DNA of 64,000 nucleotides from a virus (Duplodnaviria; Caudoviricetes): IMG/VR virus record IMGVR_UViG_2568526092_000002, positions 1 to 64,000 of that record; one strand, 5' to 3'. Shown piece by piece: positions 57,228 to 64,000 of this stretch (position 1 is its first letter; each line of letters starts with the position of its first letter). The notes under the pieces were generated by a model. It saw only the letters and a program-made list of their open reading frames with translations, ran no database searches and was not told where the DNA came from. The position numbers and the translations under genes were made by a program.

Positions 57228-57692
57228 CTACACCGCCTTAATATATTCGAGTTCCAGATTCTTAAATAATCCGTTCTCTCTAATAATAGTCCCTCTAACT
57301 GTGCTGAAAGATGCGATATCTGTTTCCTCTTCTAATTCCTCATTGACCAAGGCAGGATATGTAATCTCTATCAGGAAGCCTTCCACAATTAAATTGGCAT
57401 CCCTCTCAAGGGTCAGAATTTCGATTACACCGTTATCGTATGTGTATACCACAGAAGTTACGAGAGCAGAATAACCTGCCAATTCTCTGCGGGCTTCCAC
57501 GTTAATTACATTCGGTTCTACAAGTGCATCCATGACAGTTAATTCATCGCCGCCAGTGTAAAGACCGGATTTCTTCATCTCCCTACGAATTAAATCGAGT
57601 ATGGGATAGATTTCATTCGAGTTTACAAAGTTCCTAGTGTCCAAAGTATACACCTCACCTTCAATAGCATTATAAGAAAAAGCAGGGAACAA
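57228..57692 (-). CDS. Hypothetical tail-region protein
   Basis: 154 aa in the operon; start codon uncertain. Confidence 0.6.
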   Translation of the reverse strand: MFPAFSYNAIEGEVYTLDTRNFVNSNEIYPILDLIRREMKKSGLYTGGDELTVMDALVEPNVINVEARRELAGYSALVTSVVYTYDNGVIEILTLERDANLIVEGFLIEITYPALVNEELEEETDIASFSTVRGTIIRENGLFKNLELEYIKAV

Positions 57693-57729
57693 TTAGCGCC
57701 GTAAGCGTAAGTGCTCCCTGCCTATGTGG

Positions 57730-60700
57730 TTATCCTAATTCTGATAAAGACTGCCACGTCAACTCGAGGTAATTGACGATGCCATCGCTGTTACCGACGA
57801 TTCTGTTCCCCTTAACCAGGAAGTAATTGGCAGTGAACGTATTGGAATCGTATACGTAAACAGAGTCAAGCAGTTCGATTAACGGATTACCTTTGACGAC
57901 TACGTTCTTCGTCCTTGCCTGACGTTTGTAATCAAAGAAAATCTTATTGGCTACGTCCTCCTTCAAGTCTCTCAAGGAGTTTCCATCGATCTCTTCAATC
58001 CAGTCCAACTGAGCGCCCGCCGTGCGGATATTACCCTTGGTTGCGATAATCAGAGACTTGTCGAAGAAGTGTTCCACGATACCCGCTGTACCGGAAATCA
58101 TCAAGTGATTTCTGACACGCGAGTAATCCGTAGAAGAAGTAACTTCCAGTAGATTCTCTCCATCAATGAACTCCCACTTCATGCCCGCTACCATAGCCCA
58201 GTCTGGTGAATCGAGGAAGTCCATCTTCTCCATTCGAAACGTCCCATACCTGTCGCAGTAGGCACGGTAAGGAATATCTTGAATAAGGGACTGTACGGCA
58301 TCTGAAGCGTTCGTACCTATTGGGAAGGATACACTTGCCACGAACGGATTCTGCCAGCCGCCCACTTCCATAATATTCTCCTGAGTCACGGCCTCAAGTT
58401 CTCCGCTCTCCTTATTAAATTTCATGAAGGTGTTCTTCCCTTTGTTCACGTCGATGTAAACTGTGTCCTCAATCACGTAGTCAGGGTTGCTCATATCCTC
58501 CGAATGAAACTTCCAAGCGCTCATTCCTGCATGGACAACAATGTCTTCTACAATGCTTGATTTAATCCAGGAGAATGCCCCGCCATCTCCTGCATAAGCT
58601 TCTTCCGGCGGGTAATGCATAGGCTTGTAGAAGATAAATTCCTCAAGCATGTCGTACCTGTCCACACAGATAAACGAGACGGTCTTCTCGTCAGAGTTCT
58701 CCGTAATTTCGCCTTTAATCATTCCAGTGAATACACGGACAACTTCTTCCCCGTATCCCGCATAAATCCTGATTGGAGTGTACTCGCTAATAACATGTCG
58801 CAGTTCTCCTTCTTCGTAATAGCTCAACGGAGACTTGTCCGTCTTAAATGAGTCAGGGAACTCTGGTCTACGCTCCCAAGATGGAGAATAAATACCCGAA
58901 GAGTTGTCCAGCGTTAGCCGTGCGGTGCTGATAGTCGTATCAAGGTGGGTGTTGATTTCCCAACTCATTACATCTTTCTCAATGGTGTACATGTCTTCAT
59001 AAACGAAGTCCCCAACTTCATACCACTTCTCGTCATACGTGTCACCGATGGCAGTAGCTAGTTGCTCGATGGCATAGTCGTTGGCAGCGTACTTCACACT
59101 GTCGAGATACATCGTTCCATCCGTCACTGCAAACAGAATTCTGCTTTGGTACGGATAGTCGAATGCCGCCCCACGGATTCCGGTGTTAACCCAGACATCA
59201 TTTATCTTCACATATACATCGATATCCGTTTGGTCATGGCAGACTACAGTGTACTCGATAAAATCAGAAGTCGTGTTTAGCTTATACGTGCCGCCACCAG
59301 ATGTATAAATTTGGTCATCCTTGATGTTCAGAAGAAACCCCTTCGTTCCATTACTAATAACTAACTTGCCGCTGGTACCGGCGGCTGTCTTCAGGCTAAA
59401 GTTAATCGTAAACGGAAACTTCTTGATTTTACCTAACCGCTCGATACCTGCTTCGCCTCCGCTGGTTGAGATTGCTTGATAATCTCCCTTGTCCTTCTGT
59501 ACAACTGTGCTGTACGGTGTCCATTTGTTGGCACTGTTCATTTCATCTTCAAAGTCCCACATCGCCTTCGACTCAATGGTCTCTACATCGAACTCTTTCG
59601 CTCTGAGCCACAAGATACCGAACTTTCCTCTCGATGCTTTCGAGGAATTGGCGAAAGTGAATTTCACCACGTTATGTCCTTTGGGCATCGGGATGGAAGG
59701 TGGGTATGCCACTCCGTTTTTAGCGCTAACCCCGTTGATACGAACTACTTCGTAATCATTAACTGTGACAATAATTGTGTCATCCAGTTCAAGGTCAGAG
59801 AAGTATGCCCAGCCAAGGTTTCCTGCCTTAAACCAATCGTGCTCGAAAACCAGCGTTTTTGCCTGCCCTGCCCCGCCCGTTCCGTTAAATCCGAGAACGT
59901 TCATCGAAGTCTTGTCATCAACAACGGTCATTTGCACTGCACCGTTTGTCTCTGTGTACTTCTTGACATCAAGCGTAGTCTTCTTGGTCGTAAAATCCTT
60001 AAAGTAGGTTTGTTTAGTGGTTGTCCTGTTGTATTGGTACGTGACGATTTCCTTATCGATGCTGGCATCTCCAGTCGAGTCTGCCGTTCTTGGTTTACCA
60101 TCGCCCCAAGACTTGACTCTTACAACAACGGGCTGCCTTCCAAACTTGAGGGCATTCGCCTTCGTATCATAAAGAATGTCAATTCGGTTGCCTTTGATAT
60201 CCCCGCCCGTATCATCTGCAAGATACTCTCCCCAACTCGTTCCATTGACAATCAGTTCCACTTTGCTCTTCAAAGGGATGACAGAGGGATCTACCGCAAT
60301 AATCTTCCAGCTCTTCCATGTACGAACGTCTGTACCGCCCCGTGTGATTCCAATACAGCCGGGGCAGTCTGCTACATATGCCGTTGCTTCCATGTTGTAT
60401 TCCACGTAGGAGGTCGAGTCTGCCATTACCCCTGAAGCGTCCATTAGAACAGAAGCATCCTGAATGTTCCTTGGGTCAATTTTCTTGCTTGCTGTCTGAA
60501 TAGTTTTCTTGCCCCGAAGGTACGGTTCAGGATTCTGTGCTACGTCGTTAAATCGTACTTCAAAGTGCAAGTGTGTTCCGTCACCGCCACCACTGGAGAT
60601 GGAGTGTCCGGTATTACCTCCAAGACCTACAAGACCACCTGCGTTAACCTTGTCCCCCACACTGACACTGATTTTGTTTAAGTGGGCATACCTTGTCTGC

Positions 60701-61218
60701 CATCCGTTTCCGTGATTGACGTAGACGACTTTACCGTACCCTCTCAAGGTGCTGGCGATGGCTACTGTACCTGTCCACACAGCGTATACAGGGTCGTTCA
60801 TCGCAAGGTCAAGGTCAATCCCTTTATGCTTCTTCCGGGAACAGCGAGGGTCTGTCTCGAACCAGTCGGTGATATACATCCCGTTGATGGTACGCTCCCC
60901 ATTCTCCTTCCCATGCATCGTTGAACTAGCTTTTATTGGCATTGAGAAGTCTGCGTTTCTCAGGTCGGTGCTGGTATCAACCAGCGTACCGTCAACGTAA
61001 TTCGTAATCTTCTCCGCTTTGTCGATGGATAGCATATCATTCACTGCACTGTCTACCACGTACTGGACTGCATCGTATTTTCTACGGAAGCCCCGCACGT
61101 ATGATGTTTTGTCCAACTCTACGATTACCTTCGGCTCGTTCCCTAGCGCGTTTACACGCTCCATAATTCCTTGTAGCAATTGCCTTGAAGGGTAATTACC
61201 GTTAGATACATAAGCCAC
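57730..61218 (-). CDS. Tail-associated lysin/hub: M23 peptidase + 3D domain + hub-like C-terminus
   Basis: HKGIDL, TRYAHL, HLHFEV (M23); MEATAY...IAVDPSVIPL...ADDTGGDIKGNRIDI (3D); position after TMP and Dit-like genes. Confidence 0.88.
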   Translation of the reverse strand: MAYVSNGNYPSRQLLQGIMERVNALGNEPKVIVELDKTSYVRGFRRKYDAVQYVVDSAVNDMLSIDKAEKITNYVDGTLVDTSTDLRNADFSMPIKASSTMHGKENGERTINGMYITDWFETDPRCSRKKHKGIDLDLAMNDPVYAVWTGTVAIASTLRGYGKVVYVNHGNGWQTRYAHLNKISVSVGDKVNAGGLVGLGGNTGHSISSGGGDGTHLHFEVRFNDVAQNPEPYLRGKKTIQTASKKIDPRNIQDASVLMDASGVMADSTSYVEYNMEATAYVADCPGCIGITRGGTDVRTWKSWKIIAVDPSVIPLKSKVELIVNGTSWGEYLADDTGGDIKGNRIDILYDTKANALKFGRQPVVVRVKSWGDGKPRTADSTGDASIDKEIVTYQYNRTTTKQTYFKDFTTKKTTLDVKKYTETNGAVQMTVVDDKTSMNVLGFNGTGGAGQAKTLVFEHDWFKAGNLGWAYFSDLELDDTIIVTVNDYEVVRINGVSAKNGVAYPPSIPMPKGHNVVKFTFANSSKASRGKFGILWLRAKEFDVETIESKAMWDFEDEMNSANKWTPYSTVVQKDKGDYQAISTSGGEAGIERLGKIKKFPFTINFSLKTAAGTSGKLVISNGTKGFLLNIKDDQIYTSGGGTYKLNTTSDFIEYTVVCHDQTDIDVYVKINDVWVNTGIRGAAFDYPYQSRILFAVTDGTMYLDSVKYAANDYAIEQLATAIGDTYDEKWYEVGDFVYEDMYTIEKDVMSWEINTHLDTTISTARLTLDNSSGIYSPSWERRPEFPDSFKTDKSPLSYYEEGELRHVISEYTPIRIYAGYGEEVVRVFTGMIKGEITENSDEKTVSFICVDRYDMLEEFIFYKPMHYPPEEAYAGDGGAFSWIKSSIVEDIVVHAGMSAWKFHSEDMSNPDYVIEDTVYIDVNKGKNTFMKFNKESGELEAVTQENIMEVGGWQNPFVASVSFPIGTNASDAVQSLIQDIPYRAYCDRYGTFRMEKMDFLDSPDWAMVAGMKWEFIDGENLLEVTSSTDYSRVRNHLMISGTAGIVEHFFDKSLIIATKGNIRTAGAQLDWIEEIDGNSLRDLKEDVANKIFFDYKRQARTKNVVVKGNPLIELLDSVYVYDSNTFTANYFLVKGNRIVGNSDGIVNYLELTWQSLSELG

Positions 61219-61232
61219 TTAAGCCACCTACC

Positions 61233-62276
61233 TTATCTATATTTCTCCGTAATCCACTCGATAAATCTATTGAGGAAGGTTACCGCTTCCGCTCTTGTAA
61301 TACATGCTTCCGGTTCAAACTTGCCATCTTCATAAAGTGGGAACACATAACACCCGTCATGGAATTTTTCATCTAACAGGGTCAGTACATCGTTCGAGTA
61401 CCATTTGGAAAGGATAACATCCTTATCCACAATCGGTCTCAGCGGCGTATCATTGTATGTGAACGCACGGTCGGTGTACCGATTATGCAGGTTCTCGTAA
61501 ATACGGCTCATTAGTGCGAAGAAGTCTCCGCGACGAATACGAACGTCTCCGAAAAATCGGTCGTTGTATGTCACCCGCCCTGATTCCACGACGACCGTTT
61601 CACTTGTACGTCTATTCACCCCATTAATTACGGCGTTATACCCTATGACAGCAGGGAAGCCATTGTACATGTATGGTAGGTAAACTTCACCTTTATGAAT
61701 TACAAACACGTCACGCTGAAATCCGATAGCGTTCCGGATGACCACGCCTGCATCACTTCCTGCGCCAACAGTAACGAAAAGTCTCTTCAGCTTAACCCCA
61801 AGGACTGTACAAGACTCCGGTTGGTTGCTGTAGCTGAAGTAGTATGTAGAAGCGTACTTCAGGGTTGCGTGTGGCATCCGGTAGTCGCCTACTCCATTGT
61901 ATGGGGTATTGACACACCCGATATCTTTCCGGTCAGGGATGCCATAAGCAATGACCACGACTTCGATACCCGCCGACAGTGGGTTGGTCATTGTGACTTT
62001 TCCGTTCTCTACCTTCTCAGGAAGAACCTCTACCCCGTTCACGATAACGAACACCGGATTACTCATGTGGTATTTGTAATCAGGTACAAGAAACTCTTGC
62101 TGTCCGCTTACGGTCACGAAGCGCTTAACCATTCTCTCGTACCCTTCTTTGAACACGTTGTACGTCATGCCGCTTAAGACTTCTACGTCACCTGTCAAAT
62201 CCGTTCTCATACGAGTAATCTCAAGTGTGTCACGGTAATACCAATCCAGCGGATCTACGTCAATCCATCTTTTCAT
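61233..62276 (-). CDS. Tail protein with SLH motifs
   Basis: N-terminal WIDVDPLDWYY, RRGDFFALM, and C-terminal KWYSND...GKFEPEACITRAEAVTFLNR. Confidence 0.75.
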   Translation of the reverse strand: MKRWIDVDPLDWYYRDTLEITRMRTDLTGDVEVLSGMTYNVFKEGYERMVKRFVTVSGQQEFLVPDYKYHMSNPVFVIVNGVEVLPEKVENGKVTMTNPLSAGIEVVVIAYGIPDRKDIGCVNTPYNGVGDYRMPHATLKYASTYYFSYSNQPESCTVLGVKLKRLFVTVGAGSDAGVVIRNAIGFQRDVFVIHKGEVYLPYMYNGFPAVIGYNAVINGVNRRTSETVVVESGRVTYNDRFFGDVRIRRGDFFALMSRIYENLHNRYTDRAFTYNDTPLRPIVDKDVILSKWYSNDVLTLLDEKFHDGCYVFPLYEDGKFEPEACITRAEAVTFLNRFIEWITEKYR

Positions 62277-62279
62277 TTC

Positions 62280-62900
62280 TTAGTACCCCCTCAGCAACTT
62301 GTCTACGTGTCGGTACGTCCGCATAAGGAACGTAATGGATTCTGCTCTTGTAGCCGCTTCGTCCGGACGGAAGTAAACAACAGACTCCCCGTCTGCTTCC
62401 CAGTTCGTTGCGATAAGTCCAAGCTGTTGCATATTGTCGATATACTTGTTTGCCCAATGATCTTCGATATCAATGAACTCTGTCATGTACTTGTATTCAA
62501 AATCTTGCTTGCGGACAAGAGACATGCCGATGGTTACGATGTACTTCGTTTCCATCTCAGCGGTCTTAATATCGGGTTCTCCGGTCACGATGCCGATGTA
62601 AACTGTACCCTTCTCGTCGTAATACTTATGTTGAGAGCCGATGAACTGAAGCCAGTCGGCATATTCCTTCTTAGAATAAAACAGCATGGTTAGGGTAGCG
62701 TTATAATGAGACGTTCCGTTCTGCACAAGTCCCGCAGAAGATGCCAAGGTCTGGTTGACATGGGTCTTCAGGTAAGGCGCCGGCGGTTTGTACTCCGTAA
62801 TCAGCTTTGCTTTGACCTGATTAAACTGGACTCCGTTGTCGTAAAACAGTTTCTTCTTATATACCGAATCCTCTGACAAGAGGTTATTTTGTTGTGTCAT
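62280..62900 (-). CDS. Distal-tail (Dit)-position protein with C-terminal SLH domain
   Basis: First gene after the TMP; FIDIEDHWANKYIDNMQQLGLI...FRPDEAATRAESITFLMR. Confidence 0.7.
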   Translation of the reverse strand: MTQQNNLLSEDSVYKKKLFYDNGVQFNQVKAKLITEYKPPAPYLKTHVNQTLASSAGLVQNGTSHYNATLTMLFYSKKEYADWLQFIGSQHKYYDEKGTVYIGIVTGEPDIKTAEMETKYIVTIGMSLVRKQDFEYKYMTEFIDIEDHWANKYIDNMQQLGLIATNWEADGESVVYFRPDEAATRAESITFLMRTYRHVDKLLRGY

Positions 62901-62922
62901 GGTCGTACCTCCTTATAAAATA

Positions 62923-62951
62923 ACTCCCCATCTCATTATAAGACGGGGAGT
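62923..62951. terminator. Hairpin after TMP carrying a class II -10 in its loop
   Basis: ACTCCCCATCT-CATTATA-AGACGGGGAGT. Confidence 0.55.
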
Positions 62952-62963
62952 GGTTTCGCTAAC
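62934..62963 (-). promoter_or_regulatory. Class II (putative late) promoter motif
   Basis: GTTAGC-N17-TATAATG. Confidence 0.6.
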
Positions 62964-64000
62964 TTCTATAGTTGCTAGGATTCATAGCCTGTTGGCTACG
63001 AAGGTTTCCTACCCGCCCTACAGACAAGCCTTGTCCAATGGATTGTCCGACTTGTTGCAACTGGCGGTTTGTCATGCCGTTGGTGATGTTAGGAAGCGTG
63101 ATGTTGACGGTGACATCCCCTGTACCGATGGTTGTCGTGTTGTGAGTGTTGCCACGGGTAAGGTACTCGTAGCGGCTCATAGCATTTACTCCATTAGGCA
63201 TGTTGAACGTTCCCGCTGTGGATTTCATTTCATCCAAGATGCCCAACTGAGCCTGTAAAGATTGCTTTTGCAAGTCTCGAATTTCAGCGTTAATCTTAGT
63301 TGTTTCGTCCGCTCCAGCCGAAGGAAGTTTAGCTTTCAGATCGGCAATGACTTGGTTGATTTCAGATACCTCTTCCTTGGCATTGGCAATCCGCTTGTTA
63401 CGAAGAATAGGCGAGGAGTCGTCAGGGTTTCCAGTCCGTAACTTGAGTTCCAGCAACTCATTCTCACGTTCAGAACTGTTGTCCTGAATCTTAGCCCTGC
63501 CAATTCCGATGGAAGCAAGATTGTACTCCTTAATAAGGGCTTGCTCATTGGCGATTTCATTCTGAAGCTGTAAAACCTGCGTTGCTTGGTCTTCGGATAG
63601 GTCTCCGATGGCTTGGATTGCTTGAAGATTCGCCAACTCATTTTTCATCTGAGATAGCTTAGTCAGTGTAATCTTCTTCATGGTGTCCAAGTATTCTTGA
63701 GACTGAGTGTCCATGTTGTACGCCGCCGCCAGTTCCTTTGCTTGAGCAATAAGGTCAATGCGAGACAAACTGTTGTTAACCTTACGAACCTGACTTTGAT
63801 ACGAATCTTGTTTTGTGTTCCACTCTTCCCGAAGAATGTCAACTTCCCCTTCCGATGCCACTTTATCTCTTGTCGAAGTAAGGTTATCGTAAGCAGTTTT
63901 GGCATCTTTGTACTCTTGCGACTCAGGGTCAGCGCTGTCCATGACCGTCTTGGCGTTGGCGATATACTTGTCAATGATATCCAGTTCTTCATTCAATACC
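62959..64000 (-). CDS. Tape measure protein, C-terminal part (continues off-window)
   Basis: Long alpha-helical/coiled-coil ORF open to the window edge, ending GDVTVNITLP...GQSIGQGL, typical of TMP ends. Confidence 0.75.
   Translation of the reverse strand, partial: VLNEELDIIDKYIANAKTVMDSADPESQEYKDAKTAYDNLTSTRDKVASEGEVDILREEWNTKQDSYQSQVRKVNNSLSRIDLIAQAKELAAAYNMDTQSQEYLDTMKKITLTKLSQMKNELANLQAIQAIGDLSEDQATQVLQLQNEIANEQALIKEYNLASIGIGRAKIQDNSSERENELLELKLRTGNPDDSSPILRNKRIANAKEEVSEINQVIADLKAKLPSAGADETTKINAEIRDLQKQSLQAQLGILDEMKSTAGTFNMPNGVNAMSRYEYLTRGNTHNTTTIGTGDVTVNITLPNITNGMTNRQLQQVGQSIGQGLSVGRVGNLRSQQAMNPSNYRS

Larger units (their letters stand above)
2284..64000 (-). mobile_element. Large temperate siphovirus-like prophage (partial; head/packaging genes presumably beyond right edge)
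   Basis: Co-oriented tape measure, Dit/Tal-like, fibre, lysis, replication and sigma-factor modules. No integrase, terminase or capsid in the window. Left boundary inferred. Confidence 0.88.

Noticed and set aside
2284-64000. Many plus-strand ORFs in the track (e.g. 3059..3538, 14565..15347, 44110..44838, 59476..60435)
   Set aside because: They are antisense shadows of coherent minus-strand genes, with no RBS or recognisable motifs.
1-64000. CRISPR array, DGR (RT/TR-VR), shufflon, rRNA/tRNA genes
   Set aside because: No regularly spaced DNA repeats, reverse transcriptase, invertase or RNA-gene signatures were seen. The adhesin paralogy is ancient protein-level similarity, not near-identical DNA.

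Overview
Nearly the whole window (about 2.28 kb to the right edge) is part of a large siphovirus-like (pro)phage of a Bacillales host, probably Paenibacillus/Brevibacillus-like (inferred from SLH domains, GGAGG RBSs and IS200/IS1182 elements). All phage genes are on the minus strand. From right to left: tape-measure C-terminus, SLH-bearing Dit-position gene and neighbour, M23+3D tail lysin/hub, about 29 kb of paralogous adsorption/fibre genes, lysis cassette, replication module (initiator, DnaC-like loader, DnaB-like helicase, primase, SSB-like protein, family A polymerase), two sigma factors, and an accessory arm with many frameshifts/nonsense codons and a nested IS1182 pair. The first 2.2 kb holds a frameshifted peptidase-G2 gene and an IS200. 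Best leads: (1) a HExxH metallopeptidase fused to a paralogue of a tail-region protein, followed by a small Cys/His protein (candidate virion-borne toxin-immunity pair); (2) two fixed-spacing promoter motifs (11-12 and 6 copies) matching the presence of two phage sigma factors; (3) a ~185-nt rod-like structured element (6S-like or translational switch) ahead of the replication initiator; (4) three adhesins sharing a C-terminal anchor domain that also occurs as a stand-alone gene; (5) SLH domains in distal-tail proteins. All calls are by eye; no database search was run.
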